This document shows positions 14,470-24,949 of a stretch of 64,000 bases of DNA, in pieces. The stretch's first letter is position 1; each line of letters starts with the position of its first letter. The notes beneath the pieces were generated by a model that saw only the letters and a program-made list of their open reading frames with translations, had not been told where the DNA came from and ran no database searches. Source of the DNA: Octopus sinensis (taxonomy: Eukaryota); NCBI RefSeq assembly GCF_006345805.1, contig NC_043003.1, forward strand, positions 88,040,001 through 88,104,000, given 5' to 3'. Made by a program: the position numbers and the translations under genes.

Positions 14470-14620
14470 TCGAAAAATACCGTAAGAATGAGAACCCAGG
14501 TTCGAAATTCCCCAAGACACCTGATGCCGAAACGTTGTGCTAACAATAAACAACATGAGGACAAATATCCGTCTAATGTAAATAATGTACATAATTCCTC
14601 ATCTCTTAAATATAGAACTT
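13780..14620 (+). mobile_element. SINE family B, plus-strand copy interrupted in its (AAT)n tract
   Basis: Head 13780-13855; body resumes after ~14466 (GAAAAATACCGTAAGAATGAGAACCCAGG...CTTAAATATAGAACT). Confidence 0.75.
13884..14466 (+). mobile_element. 5'-truncated retroposon 3' end with (AAT)n tail inserted in (TAA)n (R4/Dong-like?)
   Basis: ~555-bp unique block flanked on both sides by (AAT)n; ends CTGCTCTCTCACTC(AAT)n. The clade is inferred only from the target preference. Confidence 0.45.
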
Positions 14621-15520
14621 TGTTTTGGGGGTTTTCAACCGTAAAGTCCGACAAGCTTGAAACAACAGCCAAACCGAAGATCCACTTTCTAAATACGAAT
14701 TACCAAAAACAGAAAAAATTTTTTTAAATTTTGTTGTCGTGTGTGTGTGCAAAACTTTTGCATACCTTTCTTCATTTCAAAAACCCTCAACCACAACATG
14801 TTCACTTTCTGTTACAGATGCGCTGACGGAGTGTTGGGGGTGTATATTTATTTATTTATTTTTGAAAAATTTAAATTTTACAAAATTTTCTTTTTCACAG
14901 AATGATAATCTCCGTATTTTTCTACGTATTTCGCCAAAACAAATTTCTAAAAAGGTGAAAAATTTGGGGTAGGAGTAGGGAATTAAAATTTTGAAATGCC
15001 GATTTTTTTTGGATTTTTTGCAGATTCGGAATCTCCGCAGTCAAAAAAAAAAAATATCCGAAATGGGGTGCGGTCCATGTCCTTTACCTCCGCCAGGCAA
15101 CGAAGTCGGGAGTTATGCCAATTTTTTAACCTCAATCAGAGAGAGAGAGAAAAAAAAAAGAATTACAAAAAAAATACGGGTTTGATGGTGGGAAAGAATA
15201 TCGAAGTAAACTGTTTCCAAATATATCTACAAAATAAGAGAATGACACGAATGAAATAAAGAAAGAAAAGAAATTAGCCCGTTACACATCACTAAGGTCT
15301 CCTTCCAGATACTCCCTGTCAAACCAGTTTATTTCTCATCAGATGATGACAAATCTTCACAAATAAGGATTATGTTTCCAATTGGTTTCACCAATTAATA
15401 TGTGAAACTGCAGTTATTTGTTTAACGATGCGATAAATAAAAAAAAAACACAAATATGCAACACGCATCCAAAAGTAAACAAAATCTACTCATGTTTATT
15501 TTTTAACAGCAACAACAAAC

Positions 15521-15562
15521 CTGACATAAACATCTGTAACCATATAGCTTCTTCCACTTCAC
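15521..15562 (-). other. Candidate 42-nt second exon of a minus-strand host gene
   Basis: aacaacag|GTGAAG...TGTCAG|gtttgt; lies 127 nt downstream of the gtaag donor at 15689. Confidence 0.3.
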
Positions 15563-15689
15563 CTGTTGTTATTAAATAGCAAATTTATAAGTATAAGGTT
15601 TACAATCTGATCTCAATTAGATCGTACAGGTGTAGGGAAATGTTCTTGGGATGATCCCAAACCTAGCAGAGGTGTAAAAGTTGCCTTAC

Positions 15690-15740
15690 CTCGTCATGGA
15701 GAGGAGAATTTCGACACGACTTCGCTCTTTGTTGTAATTT
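15690..15740 (-). other. Candidate first exon (ATG ACG AG|gtaagg)
   Basis: Strong donor AG|GTAAGG at 15689; CpG-rich segment in an AT-rich background; ATG at 15697. Confidence 0.4.
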
Positions 15741-15759
15741 CCTCCAATTAATCACATAA

Positions 15760-16300
15760 ATACGTTTTACGTCATTTATTTGTGTGTTTACGTCATCGTT
15801 TCAGCCCCCTTCTTTACCATCTGCTAGCATTTGATATCTTAAGCACACCGTTGTTTCCATCAAATCCTCAATTTTCGCAAATAGTATTTACTACTTATAA
15901 CAGGTACAGTCGTAAGAAATACTTTCAACTATGTCTGTAGGAAAATATCGCAGTCGACTTCGTAGTTCCTGATTACACAGTGACGACTGAACCAATGATG
16001 GCGGTTTATTATATATGCAATAATGGGTTCTACACAGTGTTTTCAGTTACTGACTCAGAGTAGCGGGGTATATTGCAAAAGTGGAGTTAAAATCTGAGGA
16101 AACAAAATATCAGTTTTTGAACTTAAGCAATTATGAATGAACTTGTTTTGTGTAGAAGAAACGTAATTTCTTATTCTATTCCTCTTTCAGTAGAATCGAC
16201 CATGATGATTTTTTTTCAACCGGAAGTGACCTCTGTGACCTATAAGCAGACGAATATCCATACTATTTTCGTTTACGTAACACTGACTGGCGAGGCGACT
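15760..16300. promoter_or_regulatory. Candidate housekeeping-type promoter
   Basis: Two TTACGTCA CRE-like sites (15767, 15788), CCAAT (15992), YY1-like GATGGCGG (15997), ETS CCGGAAGTG (16220); no TE recognised in the stretch. Confidence 0.45.
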
Positions 16301-16425
16301 AGATTAAAAGGCATGGTTAGATTATGGAGAGGAACGATTAATTTTCATTTCAAATGTCTGTATGTGACTGGGATAAATGTTAGTCCATCATATGTCTTTC
16401 CTTATGTTTGCTTGAAACGAACTGA

Positions 16426-18559
16426 CATCATCATCATCATCATTTAACGTCCGCTTTCCATGCTAACATGAGTTGGACGATTTGACTGAGGTCTGGTGAA
16501 CTAGATGGCTGCACCAGACTCCAATCTGATCTGGCAGCAGCCACGCTCAAATGGTGCTTTTTATGTGCCACCTGCACAGGAGCCAGTCCAGCGGCACTGG
16601 CAACGACCTCGCTCGAATGTTTTTTCACGTGCCACCTGCACAAGTGCCAGTAAGGCAGCTCAGGCAACGATCATGCTCGAATGATGCTTTTTACATGCCC
16701 ATCGGCACAGAGGCCAGCTTGTTGCTCTGGCAATGATCACGCTTGTATGGTACTCTTAGCGCTCCATTAGCACGGTGCCAGTCATCAAATTTGATTTCAC
16801 TTGCCTCAACAGGTCTTCGCAAGCAGAGTTTAGTGTCCAATGAAGGAAAGATACACATAAGTGGGCTGGTTACACCCCTGGCATAGGCCACTAGGTTATG
16901 GTCTCACTTGGGCTTGCTGAGTCTTCTCAGGCACAGCATATTTCCAAAGGTCCTGGTCACTAGTCATTGCCTCGGTGAGGCCCAATGTTTGAAGGTCATG
17001 CTTCATCACCTCATCCCAGGTCTTCCTGGGTCTACCTCTTCCACAGGTTCCCTCAACCACTAGGGTGTGGCACTTTTTCACATAGCTATCCACATCCATT
17101 CTCGCCACATGGCCATACCAGCGCAGTCATCACTCTTGCGCACCACATCTGATGCTTCTTAGGTCCAACTTTTCTCTCAAGGTACTAAAACTTTGTCGAG
17201 TATGCACACTGACATTATACATCCATCGGATCATACTGGCTTCATTCCTTGCGAGCGCTTACGCATGTCCTCAGCAGTCATGGCCCATATTTCACTGCCA
17301 TGTAGCATGGCTGTTCATACATGTGTCATACAGTCTACCTTTTACTCTGAGCGAGAGGCCCTTTGTCACCAGCAGAGGTAAGAGCTCTCTGAACTTTGCC
17401 CAGGCTATTCTTATTCTAGTGGCTACACTTTCAGTGCACCCTCCCCCACCTACTGACTTGGTCACCTAGGTAATGGAAGCTATCAACTATTTCTAGTTTT
17501 TCTCCCTGGAATGTGGTCTCTGCGCATTTTCAGTGTTATTTATAGCTCCCGAGCATCTGCCACATACAAAAGCTATCCTTCCAGTTAGCCCTCCTTTAAT
17601 ATTGCTGCACCTCTTATGTGTCCATAGATTACATTGGGTATATCTTATAGAGTTTCTACCTACACCTTTTCTATAGATCGAGCAGGGCCATCTACCTGAT
17701 GGGATATGTGGTTTGCCTGCCTTCCTACTTATTAGGACTTTGGTTTTAGCTAGTTGACTCTAAGGCCCTTCAATTCTAATCCTTGTTTCCACACTTGAAA
17801 CTTCTCCTCTAGTTCTGATAGTGACTCAGTAATTAGAGAAAGGTCATCAGCATAGAGGAGCTACCAGGGGCATCCTGTCCTGAATTCCTCCGTTATTGCC
17901 TTGAGGACTATGATAAATAGGAGGGAGGTGAGGAATGAACCTTGGGGGACTCCTACCTCTACCCGGAATTCTTCAATGTACTTGTTGCAAACCCTCACCT
18001 TACTGACAGCGTCCCTGTACATGGCTTGCAAAGCTCTCACTAACCATTCATCTATCCCTAGTTTCTTCATTGACCACCAGATAAGGGATCGGGGGACCCT
18101 GTCAAAGGCTTACTCAATGTCAACGAAAGCCAGGTACAGAGGTTTATTTTTGGCTAGGTATTGCTACTGCAACTGTCTTACCAGAAATATAGCATCAGTG
18201 GTGCTTTTCCCTGGCACAAACCCAAACTGCATCTCATCTAAACTGACTCTCTCCCTAATTAGTTGGGCTATGACCCTCTCTGTGACCTTCATTACCTGAT
18301 CCAAGAGCTTGATACCTCTGTAATTGTTTGTATCTAAAGTGTCACCTTTACCTTTGTAGCAGTTGACTATTATGATGCAACACCAGTCATTGGGTATGAC
18401 TCCTTCGTGTATCACCTGGTTAACTATACAGGTGACTAGGCTATAGCTGACACTGCCAGATATTTTGAGCATCTCTGCAGTAATTCCTGATCAGCCGGGG
18501 GCTATCCCTGTCTTCATACTCTTAATTGCTTTATCTACCAATGTACTGTCAACTCGGAT
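16426..18559 (-). mobile_element. RTE-type LINE, 5'-truncated
   Basis: (CAT)n tail; RT ORF pieces 18164-18472 and 17861-18070; C-terminal piece 16896-17108. Confidence 0.92.
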
Positions 18560-18828
18560 AGGTTACCGTGTGGTAACCTGATATTTTAAGCTATCTTGAC
18601 TAGCGATTGCTCAACACAGTACTATAAGCATACACTATATTTTACACATTTTCCACCAATGAATGCCATTCCTATGTGCATCAGCACACCTTTTGTTCGT
18701 GACATGAATTAGTCTAGACAAGCTCAACACCCAACATTGTATCGCAATTCCTTGACATACAGCTTCTATTCACAGCCAAGGGGTCACCCTTGTGTCTTAC
18801 AGATCTTCAACTTCAAATAGGCATACCT

Positions 18829-19470
18829 GGATCTTTTCTGTTTGGCTGCACCTGTGGAAATTTTAAAGTTTAGTGAAAATTTTACAATTTGGTGTACTCA
18901 TTTAATTTTCCATACTGAATCTCCAAGAGATAATTCATTTTTACCCAGTCAGAAAACAGGATTTGGAAGCTATTATTTTTTTTTGTGCATGACAGCACGT
19001 GTTGTCAACTGTAAAGAAATGAAATATTGGCAGAATTCTGCTTTATGCATGCCATATAACCCATCATGACTTTTGGGAGGGGGGATTTTCAGAAAATATT
19101 TGTGAATTTGTATTTTACACATGGGAATTCATATAACTTTTTTGAGCATGATTTAAGGCCTATTTAGCTGTTGTTTTTAGCACATCTCATATTGTTTTAA
19201 GCATTTATAAGTAACAAAAAGAACACATTGGTAACAGCTTGGCTTGCTACTTTAGAAACAGGTACCTATATGTCTGTGGCTTTCAGTTTGCCTAAAATTA
19301 CCCAAAATTTGCAAACTTTAAACGCTATTAACTCTTTATTTATTGATTTATGGTGAAAATGAATTTTGTGTCAATGATTACTTTACAAAACTACACCAAT
19401 ACACCAAATATGAAATCAATTGGAACAAAACAGAAGAAATTGAAAAGTGGCAACCAAACAGAAAAGATCC
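18829..19470. mobile_element. MITE-like element with GGATCTTTTCTGTTTGG termini (copy 1)
   Basis: Left end GGATCTTTTCTGTTTGGCTGC; right end GCAACCAAACAGAAAAGATCC. Confidence 0.6.
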
Positions 19471-19605
19471 TTAATATGAGCAAAAACATTCAGTTCAATA
19501 CCTGGACTCCACCATACACTTCAATGAGGATACTCTTAATTATGTGTTAATGGTGGATGATTGAGGTGGAGATAAATGTCTGAAATCTTCTGTAATCAGA
19601 AGTTA

Positions 19606-19754
19606 GGATCATTTCTGTTTGGCTGCCACATTTCAATTTCTTCAATTTTTGTTCCAATTGATTTCATATTTGTCAGAGTGGAAAATTACATCACTACACC
19701 AGATTTTAAAATTTCCACTTAACTTCCACAGGTGCAGCCAAACAGAAAAGATCC
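19606..19754. mobile_element. Internally deleted copy of the same MITE, opposite orientation (copy 2)
   Basis: 19606-19672 mirrors 19405-19470; 19724-19754 is a perfect 31-bp reverse complement of 18829-18859. Confidence 0.6.
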
Positions 19755-20671
19755 CCAATTAGTAAGGAGTGTAGATGCATTGACATTCTTTGCCTACAAG
19801 GTGATTACTAGATGAACACTGATTTGAACTAGCCTTAGTCTGTCTGGCTGGAACAAATATGTAAGTATTAGTGCAAAGCAGTGGTGGAAAATAAGTTTTA
19901 TAAGTTGAAAAATGTCCCAAACATATTTGAACTAACCTAAAGTTTGTTTATTTTTCATCCTTGCTTTATGCTACTATTTACATATTTGTTCAGACTGGGT
20001 AGTCTACATGTGCAAGTCAGTAAATATTATTGACTGATTTATCATCAAACTTAAAGCTTTCAGACAGTTCAAAGTTACCTCTGTTACAGAAGACAGCTAA
20101 GCAGCCAGAAATGCATCTAGTTGAATTTAAGTGTTATCACTTTGTATAGTATAATATGGAAATTAGTGTATGCCTGTATAAGTGAGTGCATGTGTGTGTG
20201 TGTCAATGTGTCTGTGTGAATCAGCATATGTATATTAATGTGTATGATTATCAATGTATGTGTGTATCACTGCATGTGTATGTATCAGCATGCGCCTGTA
20301 TATTGGTGTATCAGTGAGCAAATGTAACAATGTGTATGAGTGTGTCTATAATGTATCAGTATGTAAGTATACCAGTATATGTGGGTCCATAAATGGATGT
20401 AGTAGTAATAAATTAACTCCAAACTGGAAACACGCAATTGTCAGAAAGTAAACTAAGTGAATTGTGGAATAAAGGGAATTAAGATTATAAAAGATGTCAT
20501 TGGAAGCAAGTGACATGTGCTTAATGACCTGTTGCTCCTTCTCTTATCTTTTCACCCTTCCTTTTCTATTTTCTCCCTGACTTTAATTCTTAATCTATCT
20601 AGTTCTCTCTTCCTCTACATAATTATAATGGGTTTATTGCCAAATGGGGAGGGGGGCACTTTAATACACCT

Positions 20672-21700
20672 TTTTTTGTAGGAAGGAGGAATTCCAACCA
20701 CGTTTCACGGTTTGCTACTTCAACAGCTCCTTTATAGGATTCAGTGCCTAAGGACATTGTCAGGAGGAACCACGGCTAGTGTCAGCCCCTACTCTTCCGC
20801 TGTTTTCGACACAGCAGCCCCCGCCCCTTTCAGAGGTGTCTTCAGCTCTGGTGTTGAGTACATTTTTTTCCTTTCTCCTTTTTTCATTGGTTTTTTGGTC
20901 TTTGGTTTCTTCGATTCAGCTTCAATGAATGTCAGCGGGCAAATGGCCACCCTGGAAAATTTCCCTTTAAATACTTACAACTAGCTGTCTTGTGCTACAA
21001 GCCTTTGAACTGTCTCTTCAATTAATCTCTCATACCTCCTCTCCTTCTATAGCTCAGCATTAACAATGTTCTCTTCCCATGACAGTGTCAGCTCTAGTAA
21101 AATTACAACTTTTCATTCTGTATTCCATAGGATTTAGTCTGGTCTTTTTGTTGTTTTTATGAATGGAAATATTAACAGTCTTTCCAAATCCATGGCCAGC
21201 TCCCAGTATCCCTTCCATCTTTCATCTGTCTCATATACTTTTTTGAAGGCCTGGTCTTATGTCTTTTTCCCTTCTTCAGAAAGTACATCCTTCTATACTT
21301 TTCCCCTATTATATCCCTCAATCTTGAGTGCTGCACTTATAACACTGAGAACTTGATTGTAATGCCATGTATATCTGTCTAGTGCTAGCCTGCAGTTTGA
21401 TAGAACATATCTCACCGTCGCTTTCTCTCTGCATCTACATTCATTAGTCAGTTGTATGTTCTACCAGACTAAATTGGCTGGTGAAGGCAAAATGTTGAAG
21501 GTAGACTTGATCAGGAAGGATCTTCTTGCTTGTTCCCAAGCCCAAAGTTCCTTCCATGAAATTCTGCGACTGACCACATATTCCTCCTGTCTCAGGTACT
21601 GTCCCTGTTGACTACATTGCACCAAATGTACATTTCGCCTTTCTTCTTCCTCCTTTCTCACTTCATATACCACTACTTATTTCATCTCTTTTACACTGCT
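20672..21700 (-). mobile_element. RLE-type non-LTR retrotransposon 3' fragment (HERO/NeSL-like)
   Basis: QQGQYL...ISWKELWAWEQARRSFLIKSTFNILPSPANL; CCHC-region remnant CRC..YVLSNC..DRYTWHYNQVL; endonuclease KRPD*ILW..VVILLELTLSWEEN; several stops. Confidence 0.8.
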
Positions 21701-21827
21701 CATGCAAAATGGTTTGAAGTTTTGCAAACCTAGACCAACTCATTCTTATTATTTGCTTAGATATTTGTTTATATCTTTGTTTTTGTAGCATGTAAATCTC
21801 CATCTGTATATATGTCTGATTTTACAG

Positions 21828-22128
21828 TTCCATATTTAAGAGATGAGGAATTATGTACATTATTTAAATTATTTACATTCAACGGATATTTGTCCTCATC
21901 TTGTTTGTTGTTAACACGTTTCAGCTGATATAACCTCCAACCTTCTTCAGGTGTCTTTGGGAAATTTTGAACCTGGGTTCTCATTCCTAAGATATTTTTC
22001 GATATTATTATTATTATTATTATTATCATTATTATTATTATTATCATTATTGTTCAGGTCACTGCTTGGAATTGAACTCGGAATCTTGGTGTTAATAGCC
22101 CGCACTGTTAACCACCACATCATATCCG
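21828..22128 (-). mobile_element. SINE family B, third copy
   Basis: Degenerate tRNA head, (AAT)n, then GACAC-CTGAAGA-AGGTTG..CAGCT-GAAACGTG and the same 3' end as 14466-14620. Confidence 0.75.
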
Positions 22129-22500
22129 TTGAATGTAAATAATGTCTGATTTTATTTTGATCTCATGCATGTTTTTTATCATAATGTTTTTATCTATCTT
22201 TGTCTTCTTATCAGTGTATTCCATTTTATTACTTTTTGTGAAGAATTGTGTCTTTTCTCTCGGTTTCTTATGAGAACTACTATACTGCAGCAGTTACCTA
22301 GATATGTATTGCTAAAAGCTAAGTGAAATGGCAAGGAGAAAAAGCAAGGTAAAGTTACCTGAGGGGACACAATCTGCATCTGTTATGCAAGACAACTGAT
22401 TGTACAACATCTCACCTGTGAGGTACAGGTGTGAGATGAGTCAAAACAATTGTAGTATATTTGAATAAAGAATCTCATGAATTCCATTTTGTGCCTCTGA

Positions 22501-22544
<44 letters not shown>

Positions 22545-23238
22545 GATAATGATATACAATCTATAAAAATAAGAAACACAACACAAAATAAGATATGATT
22601 ATAAGAAAATGAACGAAGTTAAAAGTGCTGAACGGTTAAAAATTATATATACACACACTTTTGGATGGCCATTGACTCTTGTGAGTTTGCAGTTTGACAG
22701 GTTTTGTTTTCCATCCTGCTGGGTGTCCAAATATTATCTTCCTCACCAAGCAAGCTTGGTGCAGTCACCAGTTTAGTTGCCAAACAACTTGACCATGTGA
22801 CAGATCATACTGGGTTACATGTTACCAGTAGCACTCAAAAGTGACCTGACTTGGGCTTTATGGTGAGCTTATGCTGGGAAAGAGAAAAAATAGTAAGCTA
22901 GAAATAGAAAGATACATTGACTCTTTAAAATCAATTCTGAAATGCCTTAAATTAAGTTACAAACGTACTGAATCACTTGCGCAAAGTGTGGAGAGCTTTG
23001 ATTTGGAAAAGTGTTAAAGATTTTAAGCTTGATAGAGATAAGCAAGCTGAAATGAAAGGAAAATTTTGTAAAAGTGAGATTAATATCAAATAACATTATG
23101 AGAATTTCTTGCTCCTTCTTTAAATGATCTTTGCACACAAAAGTATGTATATCACATGCTGGTATGAGATTGCACCAGTGCGCAGATATGGGTTAGGCAT
23201 ACATGAATTATTGGAAATTAATTTCAGATGACCAGGTT

Positions 23239-23413
23239 CAATGCAATATCTGTAAAAAAAAACTAAAAGTCAGGTGGATCATTGAAGTAGCATTTGAACT
23301 TTCATAATAAACAAGTGGAAAACAGAGCCAATGCTGAAATGAGTCATTACTACAGTATATGTGATCATCTTTTCAAACAACTTTCAGGGCTCAAAAGTCA
23401 TTTAAGATTCATC
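23239..23413 (+). pseudogene. Two degenerate C2H2 zinc fingers
   Basis: CNIC-KKKLKSGGSLK*-HLNFH (one frameshift, one stop) and (Y)SIC-DHLFKQLSGLKS-HLRF; exact CX2CX12HX3 spacing. Confidence 0.55.
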
Positions 23414-23605
23414 TAAGAAATTACAGATACAAAAAGACGTTAAAATATGGAAAGAGCAGACAGACAGCATATATATATATATATATATATATATAGATAT
23501 ATATATAATTTTTTTTACTTGATTTTTTCTTTTTTTTCTCTTATGAGATTTTTCACGCTAACTACTTGATAAAATACTTATAAAGATTATATCCTATTTT
23601 TAAAT

Positions 23606-23647
<42 letters not shown>

Positions 23648-23680
23648 CATATATACATATATATATATGTATATATAAAT

Positions 23681-23868
23681 AACGGGAAGGTTTACGAAAA
23701 TAAACAAAAGACGAAGGCAGGTGGAGTACAAACAATGTATTAGTATGGCGCTCAGGAATAGAAATAAAACAAGTCTTTTACGTTTCGAGCCTACCCTCTT
23801 CGACAGAAAGATACACAGAAAAGAAACAAAAAGAGAAAAAAATTGCATGTAGGGGCTAACGATCCAAC

Positions 23869-23875
<7 letters not shown>
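23681..23875 (-). mobile_element. Penelope-like terminal fragment with hammerhead-like motif
   Basis: Homologous to 53461-53660. Minus strand 23811-23774 reads TCTTT-CTGTCGA-AGAGGGTAGGCTC-GAAACGTA-AAAGA. Confidence 0.55.
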
Positions 23876-23914
<39 letters not shown>

Positions 23915-24099
23915 AGTTATAAATTGAGATAGGGGTTGTAAATGCAACCCTCAATGGGATAACATATATCCAAGTAGAGATACCCGGTCTTGCTCGAGAT
24001 TAAAATGGCCTAATTTTTATTGTTTTACTTTTTTTAGTCATGTAACTGTAGCCATGTTGGAGCTTCCGCTTTTAATTGAACAAACCGACCCCAGGATCT

Positions 24100-24713
24100 A
24101 CTGTTTATAAGCTATGTAGAGGGGTTTATCTTTAGTTAGGTATTTCTCCTGCAGTTGTCGAACCAGGAATATGGCATCAGTGGTGCTTCTACCTGGCACA
24201 AAACCGAACTTCATCTCATCTAAGCAGACTCTCTCCCTGATGAGATGGCCTATGACTCTCTCTGTGACTTTCATCACCTGATCCAACAGTTTGATACTCC
24301 TGTATCTAGAGCATCACCTTTACCCTTGTAGCAGTTGACTATGGTGCTGCTACACCAGTCATTGGGTATGACTCCATTATGAACTACCTGGTTTACAATG
24401 GGGGTGACTAGGCCATAGCCCACACTACCAGATGTTTTAAGCATCTCAGCAGTGATTCCTGATGGGCCAGGGGCTTTTCCTGGCTTCATACCCTTAATTG
24501 CTTTATCTACTAAGGAGCTGTCTATTGGGATAGCTGGTCCTTTTGCTGGGTCAACGTTTGGCAGGCTCTCCTCCACCCATTCATTCTCCATATTCAGTAG
24601 TCTTTCATAATAGCTTCTCCAAGCCTCTTTCTTTTCCGAATCATTAAAAGCAAGTGCACCATCATCCATGCTGACACATTTCTCTCCTGTGACATCACAA
24701 TTTTCTCTCACAC
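24100..24713 (-). mobile_element. RTE-type LINE fragment, split by the LTR element (continues at 28591-28660)
   Basis: ORFs 24274-24711 and 24098-24286. Removing 24714-28590 plus one CACAC restores TTTTCTCTCACACACTGTC, homologous to the reverse complement of ~60765-60785. Confidence 0.9.
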
Positions 24714-24883
24714 TGCTTCACCCAACCTTAACGTGATGACCCGTCTTAACGCCTCGACGACCTGACTCGAAAAGGCAGAATGCCCCGCTCGCTGCACGTG
24801 CATCACGGCTGACTGGAGAGGGCAGCCCTCTCCAGTCAGCCCCAAGTTCCGGTCAGCTCCCCAGCTGCTGACATCATCCCACA
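24714..24883 (-). repeat. 3' LTR (170 bp)
   Basis: Direct repeat of 28432-28590. Confidence 0.92.
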
Positions 24884-24949
24884 CGCCACCCTGATCTTAA
24901 AGATCATAATCTCTCTACTCCATGTCGTAGTCCACCATCCAACCTGGAG

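Larger units (their letters stand above)
13376..15086. mobile_element. TIR-bounded non-autonomous DNA transposon hosting nested insertions
   Basis: TAAAGAACATGGACTGCACCCC...TCCGAATCTGCAAAAAA (13376-13515) mirrors TTTTTTGCAGATTCGGA...GGGGTGCGGTCCATGTCCTTTA (14965-15086). Confidence 0.6.

Noticed and set aside
15340-15420. ATGATGA C-box-like motif (snoRNA?)
   Set aside because: No D box (CTGA) or terminal stem at a suitable distance.
22300-22350. Plus-strand ATG GCA AGG AGA AAA AGC AAG|gtaaag (MARRKSK)
   Set aside because: Too short, with no supporting downstream exon.
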